Shown here in pieces: positions 8,204 to 17,674 of a stretch of 37,405 bases of DNA. The stretch comes from a virus (lineage: Duplodnaviria > Caudoviricetes), in the IMG/VR virus record IMGVR_UViG_3300027754_000223, positions 1 to 37,405 of that record; one strand, given 5' to 3'. How positions within the stretch are numbered: position 1 is the stretch's first letter; the number at the start of each line of letters is the position of its first letter. A program made the translations under genes and the position numbers. Below the pieces are notes generated by a model, which saw nothing but the letters and a program-made list of their open reading frames with translations, was not told the origin of the DNA and searched no databases.

Positions 8204-8234
8204 TTAACGTACAACCTTAAAATATAGAAATGAT

Positions 8235-8438
8235 ATGAAAGCAACCCTAGAATTTAACCTACCTGAAGATCAGGAGGTATTTAACCACGCTAACAATGGT
8301 TTTAACTATTACATGGCACTTGTGGAGATGGATCAGTGGTTAAGAGCTGAGTACAAGTACAATGGTAACGAGGAGATGTATGAGGTAAGGAATAAGCTGA
8401 GAGAAATAATTTCAGAAAATAATGTTAAAATAGAATAA
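8235..8438 (+). CDS. Hypothetical protein, 67 aa
   Basis: Frame conserved with substitutions in copy 2 (36697..36900). Confidence 0.8.
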   Translation: MKATLEFNLPEDQEVFNHANNGFNYYMALVEMDQWLRAEYKYNGNEEMYEVRNKLREIISENNVKIE

Positions 8439-8444
8439 TAATAG

Positions 8445-8452
8445 TATATTTG
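8445..8452 (+). promoter_or_regulatory. Host-type -7 element TATATTTG for the recombination operon
   Basis: Intergenic, 23 nt upstream of the ATG at 8476; conserved at 36907. Confidence 0.65.
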
Positions 8453-8475
8453 TAAATAATTAACAAACTAACCCA

Positions 8476-9027
8476 ATGGAAAAAACAACTACAAAGGCTG
8501 TAAAGCCTCAGGAGGTTGAGCAGCAGTCTGCTCCTTTCTATGTTCGCCTTCACAAGGCAAAACAACTAATCGGTAAAGTACATAAGAATGCTACTAACCC
8601 CCACTTTAAGAAATCTTATGCAGATATCAATAGTATATTAGAAGCTGTTGAGCCTATCCTATTACAGCATGATCTACTTTTATTACAGCCTATAGATGGT
8701 GGTAGTGTTTGTACTCAGCTTGTATGCATTTATACTGGCTTTTCTATCTCTAGCTGTATGGCACTTGATTTAAACCTAGATGCCCAAAAACAGGGTAGTC
8801 AAATTTCTTACTTTCGTAGGTACACCATCCAAAGTCTGCTCACCCTTCAGGCAACTGATGATGATGGCCACGTAGCATCTACTGCGAAGCCTAAGATAGA
8901 TGCAAAGAGATTTGCTGAGGCTGTTAAGACTATAGCAGATGGTAAATTCACAGTAGAGAAGTTAAAGGATAGCTTTGATCTTACAGATGTGCAGATAAAT
9001 TCACTGTTATTATTACCTGTAATATGA
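8476..9027 (+). CDS. erf: ERF-family single-strand annealing protein
   Basis: NPHFKKSYA..I, Q..GS.ISYFRRY and DDDG motifs. Confidence 0.85.
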   Translation: MEKTTTKAVKPQEVEQQSAPFYVRLHKAKQLIGKVHKNATNPHFKKSYADINSILEAVEPILLQHDLLLLQPIDGGSVCTQLVCIYTGFSISSCMALDLNLDAQKQGSQISYFRRYTIQSLLTLQATDDDGHVASTAKPKIDAKRFAEAVKTIADGKFTVEKLKDSFDLTDVQINSLLLLPVI

Positions 9028-9695
9028 AAATAAGATGCTCAGCTATAGGAAAGATAATGACTTCACCCAAGACTAAAGGGGAGGTGCTATCACAAACAAC
9101 TAAGACGTATATCCAGGGCCTAGCCCTGGCACACGTTTATGGGATCAGAAAGGAGTTTACTAGTAAGTATACTGATAAGGGCAATGAGTGTGAGGATATG
9201 TGCCTCAGCTTTGTAATGGATGTAATTGATAAAGGCTTCCTGTTTAAGAATGAGGAGAACTTTAGTAACGATTGGCTAACAGGTACACCGGATGTAATTA
9301 CAGACAAGGTGCTTATAGATGTAAAAAATTCATGGAGTGGCAGCACGTTCCCATGGTTCGATACTGAGTGCCCTAATAAAGAGTACTACTATCAGCTCCA
9401 AGGGTATATGTTTTTATGTGATAAGCAGGAAGCACTGTTATGCTACTGCCTAACCAATACACCACATGCCATAGTAGAGCAGGAGGTAAAGAGTGCTCAT
9501 TACAAGTTAGGGCTAATGGAGGAGAGTTTAGATCTTAGGGACCAGGTGCAGAAGCAACATAGCTTCAACCATATCCCTGATGCTAAGAGGGTGAAGACTT
9601 TTGTAATACAAAGAGATGATGAGGTGATAGAACAGATTAAATTAAGAGTAGAACAGTGTAGAGATTATTTTAACCAACTAATAACACAATTATGA
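9024..9695 (+). CDS. YqaJ/lambda-exonuclease-like nuclease
   Basis: IRCSAIG, GNECE, GTPD, IDVKNSW and YYYQLQGYM motifs; adjacent to ERF. Confidence 0.82.
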   Translation: MKIRCSAIGKIMTSPKTKGEVLSQTTKTYIQGLALAHVYGIRKEFTSKYTDKGNECEDMCLSFVMDVIDKGFLFKNEENFSNDWLTGTPDVITDKVLIDVKNSWSGSTFPWFDTECPNKEYYYQLQGYMFLCDKQEALLCYCLTNTPHAIVEQEVKSAHYKLGLMEESLDLRDQVQKQHSFNHIPDAKRVKTFVIQRDDEVIEQIKLRVEQCRDYFNQLITQL

Positions 9696-9871
9696 ACAGA
9701 ATGCAATTTGAACATGAGGCAGCTATAGCTGCTATGAACGCTCTAATGATAGAGAACTCTAAAACATCTAAGCTATGGATAGCTAAAGAGGCTGTACAGA
9801 TGGCTGAGATATTAGCTAATGAGGTGTATGGTGAAAGGATACAATGGCCGCAAGAAGACCTTATCGTATGA
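9692..9871 (+). CDS. Hypothetical protein, 59 aa
   Basis: Hand translation MNRMQFEHEAAIAAMNALM...; ATGA overlaps on both sides. Confidence 0.7.
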   Translation: MNRMQFEHEAAIAAMNALMIENSKTSKLWIAKEAVQMAEILANEVYGERIQWPQEDLIV

Positions 9872-9951
9872 TTTTGCTACTATCAATACTACTAGCCCCT
9901 GCGATTGTGTGGGGGTGGTATTGTACTATCATGTACTTATTTACTAAATAA
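9868..9951 (+). CDS. 27-aa hydrophobic peptide
   Basis: MILLLSILLAPAIVWGWYCTIMYLFTK; ATGA-coupled, single TM. Confidence 0.5.
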   Translation: MILLLSILLAPAIVWGWYCTIMYLFTK

Positions 9952-9984
9952 CAAGTTATTAACAATTTAAAACAGTAATAAACA

Positions 9985-10230
9985 ATGGAGACAAAGAACA
10001 ACACAGGAGCTATCTTTAAAAATGATAAAAAGACAGCAGAAACTCACCCAGACTACAAAGGGAAGGTAAATGTTAATGGTGCTGACATGGAGGTGGCACT
10101 GTGGTTAAAAGAAAGCAAGTCAGGTATGAAGTACTTTAGTGCTACTTTTCAAGAACCTTATGTTAAGCCAGCAGTACTATCACCACCTGCAGAACCGTTC
10201 AAGTTAGAGGATGATGATCTACCGTTCTAA
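9985..10230 (+). CDS. Small single-stranded DNA-binding protein (DUF736-like)
   Basis: PDYKG and ALWLK motifs, with an SSB-type acidic tail EDDDLPF. Confidence 0.75.
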   Translation: METKNNTGAIFKNDKKTAETHPDYKGKVNVNGADMEVALWLKESKSGMKYFSATFQEPYVKPAVLSPPAEPFKLEDDDLPF

Positions 10231-10239
10231 TTAATTTAC

Positions 10240-10247
10240 TATATTTG
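10240..10247 (+). promoter_or_regulatory. Host-type -7 element TATATTTG, probably giving a leaderless mRNA for the sigma operon
   Basis: Only 4 nt separate the motif from the ATG at 10252. Confidence 0.6.
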
Positions 10248-10251
10248 AGCT

Positions 10252-10500
10252 ATGAATTTACTAGCTCTTATACCTTTAGCTTGGTGGTTTACTAATTTTG
10301 AACCAATACAGGCAACCTTAGACTATTTTTTTAAGTACAATACTAGGTACCCAATAGCCATACATATACACTCTGCACTAGGATGTATTAAATGTGTGGC
10401 TTTTTGGCTTACTTTACTTTTTACCTTTGATTTTATCCTGGCTTGTCAGGCTGCACTGCTTGCTTTTATACTAGATGAATGTTTACAGAAACTGAGATAG
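10252..10500 (+). CDS. Membrane protein with CxxC motif
   Basis: Hydrophobic segments flanking GCIKCVAFW. Confidence 0.7.
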   Translation: MNLLALIPLAWWFTNFEPIQATLDYFFKYNTRYPIAIHIHSALGCIKCVAFWLTLLFTFDFILACQAALLAFILDECLQKLR

Positions 10501-10694
10501 ATCTTATAGCTGAAATAGAGCTGTTACCTGAGAACATCAGGTACTCTAAACACAGCTGTGTGGCTTTATTAAAGATTAGAAATAAGTATGATGGGGTGCA
10601 ACCTAGAGAGTGCTTCTGTGCATCTGTTAGGAGGAGGATATGGTACAAAGATTTTATGATATGGTATGAAAAAAGCCTTAGACAACTACATTAG
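10479..10694 (+). CDS. Hypothetical Cys-containing protein, 71 aa
   Basis: Overlaps its neighbours; HSC...ECFC. Confidence 0.65.
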   Translation: MFTETEIDLIAEIELLPENIRYSKHSCVALLKIRNKYDGVQPRECFCASVRRRIWYKDFMIWYEKSLRQLH

Positions 10695-11208
10695 TAGGGC
10701 TTACCCTGAAGTAAGGGCATACACTGCCTACTTTCTATCTAAGATGGGGAGCTACATAGACGCTGACACAGTCATTAATAACAGTTACATGCATGTGCTT
10801 ACCATAAATGATACTACTAATGATGAGGATAAGATAAAAGCATACCTTCTGAACACTATCAAGTATCAGGTGCTATGGTCCACATCTAAAAGCCATCGGG
10901 ATGATAAGGTAACAGCTATAATAGATAACTCCCCTGATAGAATAGAGGATGATGAGCTAGCAGATAAGATAAGGGAGGACAGAACCTACTCTTTTAACAA
11001 GGGATTGATAGAGATATATAGATCAGAGATAGTAGATCAGGTGCAAAGGATAGTATTTGAGGCATATATTGATAAAGGGTACATCACAAGCAGAGCACTG
11101 GCTACCTATTTTGGTATAACCCACACCTCAGCTTACTACCTGATAAAAGAATTGAAACAAAACTTAAACAAATTACAATATAGGTATGAAACCGAGTCAG
11201 TTTATTAG
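10666..11208 (+). CDS. ECF-type sigma factor-like late transcription regulator
   Basis: 180 aa with a region-2-like DADTVINNSY...KAYLLNTIK and a region-4-like HTH TSRALATYFGITHTSAYYLIKELK. Sits between the replication and packaging modules. Confidence 0.7.
   Translation: MKKALDNYISRAYPEVRAYTAYFLSKMGSYIDADTVINNSYMHVLTINDTTNDEDKIKAYLLNTIKYQVLWSTSKSHRDDKVTAIIDNSPDRIEDDELADKIREDRTYSFNKGLIEIYRSEIVDQVQRIVFEAYIDKGYITSRALATYFGITHTSAYYLIKELKQNLNKLQYRYETESVY
11155..11188 (+). promoter_or_regulatory. Late promoter motif 1 (AAACA-N16-CAATATAGGTATG), inside the sigma gene
   Basis: One of five identically spaced motifs. Confidence 0.75.
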
Positions 11209-11350
11209 TACCTTGTCATTACTTACAGCTCTGAGCTGTGGACTTGCTTTGTTCACACTTGATTGGGTATGGGCTAGTAGGGCAGCAGGAATTTGGATAG
11301 CATTATATTACACTTTTTTAATTTTATTACAATATGAAGACAAAGAATGA
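11186..11350 (+). CDS. 54-aa two-TM membrane protein
   Basis: MKPSQFISTLSLLTALSCGLALFTLDWVWASRAAGIWIALYYTFLILLQYEDKE; the ATG is the end of promoter motif 1. Confidence 0.7.
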   Translation: MKPSQFISTLSLLTALSCGLALFTLDWVWASRAAGIWIALYYTFLILLQYEDKE

Positions 11351-11522
11351 ACACCTAGGTAAGTATATTGTTATGTATAATGGCAATTATGAGACCAGCT
11401 TTACAGTAACAGAAGAGACTGCTAAAGAGCACAAGTATTACACCTCTAAAGGATTAGGCTATCTATTTGAAGAGAGCACTCCTAAGGTAAAGTATAAAGG
11501 GGTAGAGAACGAAGAGAAGTGA
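11334..11522 (+). CDS. Hypothetical protein, 62 aa
   Basis: Tiles between 11186..11350 and terS (GTGA overlap). Confidence 0.65.
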   Translation: MKTKNEHLGKYIVMYNGNYETSFTVTEETAKEHKYYTSKGLGYLFEESTPKVKYKGVENEEK

Positions 11523-11929
11523 GACCTAAGCACATAGAAACCCCTGAAAAAATGTGGGAGTTATTTGAGGGATATAGATCCTGGTGTAAGTCTACACCTA
11601 GATACTCTTACAGCTTATCTACTAAAACAGGTGAGGCTACAGCTATCCCATTAGAGAGACCTTTAACCCAGGTAGGATTTAGGACTTATGCTGCTGATAA
11701 AGAGTGTAGTGTTCAAGATTACTTTGCTAATACTGATGGGCGATATTCTGAGTATGCGACAATCTGCTCGCGCATAGAGGAAGCAATTAGAATGGATCAG
11801 ATAGAGGGTGGAATGGTAGGACAATATAATGCATCCATCACCCAAAGAATAAATGCACTGAAGGAGCACACAGATGTTACCAGTGGTGATGAGAAGATAT
11901 CTGCTATAACTGTTACTATAGTTAAGTAG
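11519..11929 (+). CDS. terS: Terminase small subunit (DNA-packaging gp3-like)
   Basis: TPEKMWELFEGY, RPLTQVG and I..DQIEGGMVGQYN motifs; directly upstream of terL. Confidence 0.8.
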   Translation: MRPKHIETPEKMWELFEGYRSWCKSTPRYSYSLSTKTGEATAIPLERPLTQVGFRTYAADKECSVQDYFANTDGRYSEYATICSRIEEAIRMDQIEGGMVGQYNASITQRINALKEHTDVTSGDEKISAITVTIVK

Positions 11930-11979
11930 TATAATAATAATAATAACTATATAGTATCTAACTAGGTACTAGCTTTGCT

Positions 11980-13128
11980 ATGGATATAAAAGCGACTGCC
12001 ATCTTTGAAAAGAACTATGAGGCCATCTTAGGAGATAAGCGCTTTATCATTAATGAGGGTGGTAGTAGAAGCTCTAAGACCTACAGCCTCTGCCAGCTCA
12101 TGATCATCTACTGCCTGCAGAATAACAATAAAGTGGTGTCAGTGATACGCAAGACCTTCCCTGCCCTACGTGCTACAGTGCTTAGGGACTTCATAGAGAT
12201 ACTAAAAGATATAGGGCTGTACAAGCAGGAGAGCCACAATAAGAGTGAGCACATCTACACCTTTGGCAATGGATCTATGGTGGAGTTTTTCTCAGTAGAT
12301 GATGAGCAAAAGATAAGGGGTAGAAAGAGGGATATAGCTTGGTGTAATGAAGCTAATGAGCTGTACTTTGATGACTTCACTCAGCTTAACATGAGAACAG
12401 AAGACAAGCTCATCTTTGACTACAACCCATCTGATAGTGTATCGTGGCTGTATGAGCTCCCTGCTGAGGAGAGCACCCTGATTAAGTCTACCTACAAAGA
12501 TAACCCCTTCCTACCTGAGAGCATTAAGGCACAGATAGAGGATCTAGCTAGAACAGATGAGGCACTGTATCAGATATATGCCTTAGGTGAGAAGGCAACA
12601 AGCAAGAGTAACATCTACAGCAACTGGTCCTTTGTAGCTCATAGGCCTGCTAGATTTGTTAAGTACGTGTATGGCTTAGACTTTGGTTACAACCACCCAA
12701 CAGCTCTGATGAGGGTATACTACTGTGATAATGATATCTACATTGAGCCTGTCATCTATGAGAGCTACCTAACCACTACCATGCTCATAGAGAAGTTAGC
12801 CACCCTAAACATAGAACAGACTGTAACCATCTTAGCAGATTACTCACGTCCAGAAATCATACAAGAGATGAACATAGCAGGGTATGATGTTCAGAATGCA
12901 AACAAGGTGGTTAAGAAAGGGATAGATAACCTTAAGACCTTTGGAGTTATATGCCAGGATGATAAGGCCATTAAGAGAGAGTATGAGAACTACAAGTGGA
13001 AGAAGATAGGGGACTTCATAACAGATGAGCCAGTCAAATTATTTGATGATGCAATGGATGCAATAAGATATGCCACTACTCACATAAGGCAGGAGTATTA
13101 CACTGATGATAGCTACTATGCATTCTGA
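11980..13128 (+). CDS. terL: Terminase large subunit, PBSX family
   Basis: EGGSRSSKT Walker A, AWCNEA Walker B, DYNP, GLDFGY and DDAMDAIRYA nuclease motifs. Confidence 0.95.
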   Translation: MDIKATAIFEKNYEAILGDKRFIINEGGSRSSKTYSLCQLMIIYCLQNNNKVVSVIRKTFPALRATVLRDFIEILKDIGLYKQESHNKSEHIYTFGNGSMVEFFSVDDEQKIRGRKRDIAWCNEANELYFDDFTQLNMRTEDKLIFDYNPSDSVSWLYELPAEESTLIKSTYKDNPFLPESIKAQIEDLARTDEALYQIYALGEKATSKSNIYSNWSFVAHRPARFVKYVYGLDFGYNHPTALMRVYYCDNDIYIEPVIYESYLTTTMLIEKLATLNIEQTVTILADYSRPEIIQEMNIAGYDVQNANKVVKKGIDNLKTFGVICQDDKAIKREYENYKWKKIGDFITDEPVKLFDDAMDAIRYATTHIRQEYYTDDSYYAF

Positions 13129-13318
13129 TACGCTACATAAGATACAAGTGGTGCAGGCATACATCCACCATAAGACCGGCAAGAATGTTAGGATAGTATT
13201 CAACAACCCCATGAGGGTGCAGCAACATTTAGCCATGTTAGATCATGCCTACCTAATAGCAATGGGTGGCTTTAAAAACAATAATAGTAATGACGCTAAT
13301 ATAGGTAAAGAGAAGTAA
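13106..13318 (+). CDS. Hypothetical protein (~65-70 aa)
   Basis: Fills the gap between terL and the tail gene; start uncertain. Confidence 0.55.
   Translation: MIATMHSDTLHKIQVVQAYIHHKTGKNVRIVFNNPMRVQQHLAMLDHAYLIAMGGFKNNNSNDANIGKEK
13276..13307 (+). promoter_or_regulatory. Late promoter motif 2 (AAACA-N16-TAATATAGGTA)
   Basis: 10 nt upstream of the ATG at 13318. Confidence 0.75.
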
Positions 13319-14796
13319 TGGCATTAGTAGCACAAGCAACCCCACAAGTAATAGTTCCTGCATACAACCCTGTTAAGTACATCTACAGCTCATCTAATGT
13401 AAACCTGCAGGGCTTCAAATTTATCTATGATATCTATCAGAGTGGTACCCTAAATAAGATAGCTGAGTACAGGGTGCTGCCAACTTATGCCACTGGCTTT
13501 GGTGAGATAGATCTATCGAAGCTCTTACAGGCTAAGGTAAGCTATGACCTAAACTTAAATAACACTTCAGTATATAACGCACCTGGATCCCACTACAAGT
13601 ATGATGTAAAGATAGGGGAGGAGTACTTGACTACCACTACTTACATAGCACCACTTACTCAATACTTAACAGCTCCCTATGCAGGAAGGGTACAAATAAA
13701 CGTAGCTAACATATTTTTAGTAGGTGATCAGATTAACATCACTCAAGCACTACCTGGTCCTACAGCCAACCCAAACCTAGAAGGGCTCTTCACTGTCTTA
13801 GTAGCTAACCCTGCTTACATAGTAGTAAACAGCTTATGGTCTTTAGTAACCAATACAGGTACAGGTGGTGCCATCACCTATGCAGATGGTAGAAAGACAG
13901 TCAACAGAAACCTAGCCCAACAGCTTGGTAAGTATGTATTCAATGGTGCTATCAGATGGAGTGAGTGGCCTAGCTACAACTACCAGGATTACATGCTTAA
14001 TGGATTCTTTGATAAGTTTCTTACCAACTATCCTGCAAGTAATCTAAATATGTACGCTACCCTATCTCAGGATATGTGGGTGAATGCAATAGCTAATGGC
14101 TCACCAACGGCACCTGATACCATGGTCTTTGAGAATGATGGTGGTAATGTCTTTGAAAAGAACGTAACAGCTGTAGATCATGTGAGTGGTGTATCAGTAG
14201 GGCCTAACAACTTTGGAGCTCTTACCCTTGTATCAGGATCAGGTAACTTGATAGAGCCTACTACTGAGTTCTATGCATTTCACTATGAACGTAATGGGGT
14301 AGTAAGCTCAGGCAAGTATATTGTAAGCCTAGATAGAAGGATACGCACCACTGAGTACAGCATCTTGTTCTTAGATCGTATGGGATCATGGAACAGCTTT
14401 GCCTTTAGTCTTAACAGCTATGAGAAAGGTAACGTAACACGAGAGCAGTTTAATCAGGATGTAAGAGGATATATCAATGGTAGTAGCCAATGGGACTATG
14501 AGCTAACTGATAGAGGTATGACTAACACCTATATAAGCACTGACACTACCCTAGATCTAGCTACCAACTTCATGACTATGGATATGGCTAACTACTTCAC
14601 TGAGCTCATCAGCTCACCATTCACCTATGTAAAGCTAAGCTCTTATGCAAATGATTGTGATGTGCCTGAGAGTGAGGAGTACATCAGCTGTAACATTGTT
14701 ACTAGTGACTACCAGGTATATAATAATAGGAGTAAGAATTTAATTAAGCAGAACGTAACTATTAAGCTAGCTAATAACAATATCGTAAATGGTTAA
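13318..14796 (+). CDS. Virion tail/baseplate-region structural protein
   Basis: Beta-rich 492 aa with a FLDRMGSWNSFAF motif; first gene of the tail block. Confidence 0.6.
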   Translation: MALVAQATPQVIVPAYNPVKYIYSSSNVNLQGFKFIYDIYQSGTLNKIAEYRVLPTYATGFGEIDLSKLLQAKVSYDLNLNNTSVYNAPGSHYKYDVKIGEEYLTTTTYIAPLTQYLTAPYAGRVQINVANIFLVGDQINITQALPGPTANPNLEGLFTVLVANPAYIVVNSLWSLVTNTGTGGAITYADGRKTVNRNLAQQLGKYVFNGAIRWSEWPSYNYQDYMLNGFFDKFLTNYPASNLNMYATLSQDMWVNAIANGSPTAPDTMVFENDGGNVFEKNVTAVDHVSGVSVGPNNFGALTLVSGSGNLIEPTTEFYAFHYERNGVVSSGKYIVSLDRRIRTTEYSILFLDRMGSWNSFAFSLNSYEKGNVTREQFNQDVRGYINGSSQWDYELTDRGMTNTYISTDTTLDLATNFMTMDMANYFTELISSPFTYVKLSSYANDCDVPESEEYISCNIVTSDYQVYNNRSKNLIKQNVTIKLANNNIVNG

Positions 14797-17674
14797 GATA
14801 CAACTAAGCACAGGCTTCCTAGATGTTAAAGAGGGCACTGCCTTCCCTTTGAATTTTCAGGTAGGAGATATCAGAGATGTGAGCCAAAGGAAGGGTAACT
14901 TCTCTAAGACCATCACGCTCACTGGTAGTAAGAATAATAACAACCTGCTTAACCACTACTACGATGTGAATATAGTGGAGGGCACCTTTAACATAAATGC
15001 TATTACTACCTGTGCAGTTATTCAAGATGGCATACCAATAATGGAGGACTGCACTATGCAGTTAACCGGGGTAGTAAAGACTCAGGTAACAGATGGTTAT
15101 GAAGAGCAGGTAACCTATGAAGTTTTAATTAAAGATAGTAAAGCAGATTTCTTTACAGCCATCACTAACAAGGAACTAACTGATATAGACTTCGCAGATT
15201 ACAACCATCCATACGATGCCTTTAATGTGGTAGCTAGATTTTCTAATACTGTGGTTAATGGTTTTAAGTATTTTTTACCTGCTAACACTGCATACCTTTA
15301 CAGCACCCAAGACTTTAAGCCTGCCATCTTTGCTAAGAGTTACTTTGATAGGATATTCAATGACGCTGGCTTTACCTACAGCTGGCCTACTATGTCATAC
15401 GATAGATTTCAGCAGCTGCTAATACCTTACAATGGAGGGGTAGATAACTTTGATTATAACGATTACCTAGTCAAAGCAGAAAGAACAGCATCCTTAACTA
15501 TCCCTAGCACTCTTGCTAGTCAGGGAGTTACAGATATAGGATCAGGAAGTTACGTAACTCCTGCAAGTAAAGTAAACATAACAGGATGGACTGAGCTAGA
15601 GGATCCACAGAATATCTTTAACCCTGTAACAGGAGTATACACTACACCATTTATTATAAGCTCAGCAAATGCTCAGAGCTATGATTACAGTGTTACTATG
15701 ACCTATCAGATTAATATAGTTAATAGCAATGTTGGTACTTGTTATGGCTCATATAATAATGCAGCAGCTGCTATCTTTTACAAACCTTATCTAGCAGTTA
15801 GTGCAGGTGCTTTGGCTTTGATACCTATTAACCTATACACAAACCCATCACCACCTGCTGGCTTTAACTTTGCACAGAATGCTGTACAATCTCCTTTAAC
15901 TGTACCTGGGCTTAGTACTACCAATATCTTAACACAAACTATACAGTGTACGATACCACTTACCTACCCTTTACTTAACAACGGCTCATTAGGTACTTTA
16001 GGTATTAGTGTACTACAGCAAAATTTACAGACTACTGGTAGTAATCCAACTAACAATTTAAGGAAGTGGAGGCTAGGATCAGTAACAGGAGCTTTCCCTG
16101 CAGCTAATACATTAAGACTACAAGTAGTAATATCATCTATACAACTTAGCATAGTACCTAGTAGTACAGTATATGCAATAGGTGGTACGATAGATGTAAA
16201 TGATTACGTGCCTAAAAAGATAAAGCAGAGTGACTTTATTAAGGGTATCTTTAACATGTATAATATCTATGCTCAAGTAGATCCTGACCAACCTAATAGG
16301 TTACTGCTAAATAATAGGGATGACTTTTACGATAGTGGTGCTGAGGTAGATTGGACTGATAAGCTAGCTAAGGACCAAGAGCAAAACTTATCTTTTCTCC
16401 CTGAGCTTACCTCTAAGAAAATAATACTAACATACGCTGCAGATAAGGACAACCCTAACACCACTTACACAAACGCTACTAATAACATCTATGGCCAAGC
16501 TGAGGTAATCTTTGATAATGAGTATGTAAAGGATATTACTACTAAAGCTGTATTGTTTAGCCCCACTCCTGTTATCAAAACTTTGTTTGGTGCCTTTGTA
16601 CCTATGATAGCAGGTGCAGCACCTGAGACCAATATACGTATCCTATATGATAAGACTACAGTAGGACAGCCACTAGCTACCTGTGGGCAATTCTCTATAT
16701 TAGATTACGGAACTGTAGGCCAAAATAACCTTACTAGCTATCCTTTGGTAGGCCACTTTGATGATCCACTCACTCCTACCTTTGATATTAACTTTTCTAT
16801 CTGTGATTACTACTACTACCAACCTAGTAGCTTGACTAGCAACAATCTGTACAACAGATACTGGAGGCGTACAATGGGCCAGATTAACAATGGTAAGATG
16901 TTGACTGCTATGTTTAATCTTAAGGAGCCTGACATCCAGGCTATGAACTTAAATGATAAGATTAGGATAGATAACTCATGGTGGAATATCAATAAGATAA
17001 TTGACTATGATGCCAATGCTCATCAGCTCACAAAGGTGGAGCTCATCAGTATAGATAGTGAGATTAACTTCACCCCCTTCATGGGACCTAGTGGCCCTAA
17101 CATACCCAACCCTCCTGCAGGGATAGGCCCTATACAAATGTTAGCAATGAGTAATATCAATACTACTAGGATGACTACCACTAATGTATTCTCTAATCAG
17201 GCAACAGCTACAGTAGAGGGTAGAGGTAACGTGATAGTAGGAGGAACTAGATCAGTGGTAGTAGGAGATGATCGTATCATCAGTGAGACTACTCTAGCAG
17301 GTGATAACCTAGTGGTTAATAGTGTTAATGGTGTAGCTGTAGGCACAGTGCCTCAAATATATATTGCTAACTTAACACAGGCAGGAATAACAGATCCTAT
17401 ATCACAAGTTAAAAATAATAGCTTAGGAGGTGTTACCTGGACCAGAACAGGGGTAGGTACATATGAGGGATACTTAGATAACTATGAGCCTTTATCTATC
17501 TCTAGCACTAATGTGCCTACTATAATAATTAACAACGTAGCTTATGATGGAGTGGTCTCTGCTACCTACACAGTGAGCTCAAATACTATCTCAGTAACCA
17601 CCTCACAAATAGGGGTAGGCTTTGCAGATGGATACTTAACAGATACAACAATAGAAGTTAAATACTACATATAA
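14789..17674 (+). CDS. Large tail tip/hub protein
   Basis: 961 aa, N-terminal DIRDVSQRKGNFSKTITLTG, internal beta-rich insert; adjacent to the tape measure gene. Confidence 0.65.
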   Translation: MVKIQLSTGFLDVKEGTAFPLNFQVGDIRDVSQRKGNFSKTITLTGSKNNNNLLNHYYDVNIVEGTFNINAITTCAVIQDGIPIMEDCTMQLTGVVKTQVTDGYEEQVTYEVLIKDSKADFFTAITNKELTDIDFADYNHPYDAFNVVARFSNTVVNGFKYFLPANTAYLYSTQDFKPAIFAKSYFDRIFNDAGFTYSWPTMSYDRFQQLLIPYNGGVDNFDYNDYLVKAERTASLTIPSTLASQGVTDIGSGSYVTPASKVNITGWTELEDPQNIFNPVTGVYTTPFIISSANAQSYDYSVTMTYQINIVNSNVGTCYGSYNNAAAAIFYKPYLAVSAGALALIPINLYTNPSPPAGFNFAQNAVQSPLTVPGLSTTNILTQTIQCTIPLTYPLLNNGSLGTLGISVLQQNLQTTGSNPTNNLRKWRLGSVTGAFPAANTLRLQVVISSIQLSIVPSSTVYAIGGTIDVNDYVPKKIKQSDFIKGIFNMYNIYAQVDPDQPNRLLLNNRDDFYDSGAEVDWTDKLAKDQEQNLSFLPELTSKKIILTYAADKDNPNTTYTNATNNIYGQAEVIFDNEYVKDITTKAVLFSPTPVIKTLFGAFVPMIAGAAPETNIRILYDKTTVGQPLATCGQFSILDYGTVGQNNLTSYPLVGHFDDPLTPTFDINFSICDYYYYQPSSLTSNNLYNRYWRRTMGQINNGKMLTAMFNLKEPDIQAMNLNDKIRIDNSWWNINKIIDYDANAHQLTKVELISIDSEINFTPFMGPSGPNIPNPPAGIGPIQMLAMSNINTTRMTTTNVFSNQATATVEGRGNVIVGGTRSVVVGDDRIISETTLAGDNLVVNSVNGVAVGTVPQIYIANLTQAGITDPISQVKNNSLGGVTWTRTGVGTYEGYLDNYEPLSISSTNVPTIIINNVAYDGVVSATYTVSSNTISVTTSQIGVGFADGYLTDTTIEVKYYI

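Larger units (their letters stand above)
1..8943 (+). repeat. Long imperfect direct repeat, copy 1 (matches 27852..37405)
   Basis: Same ORFs in the same order. Offset is 27851 at the start, 27842 over the core, 28271 after the MTase swap and 28462 after the 191-bp insertion. Confidence 0.97.

Noticed and set aside
1-8943. True direct terminal repeat
   Set aside because: The copies differ by substitutions and gene content, whereas replication-generated terminal redundancy should be identical.
9893-9920. GC-rich hairpin as terminator
   Set aside because: The stem is imperfect, there is no T-run, and it lies within a plausible 27-aa ORF.
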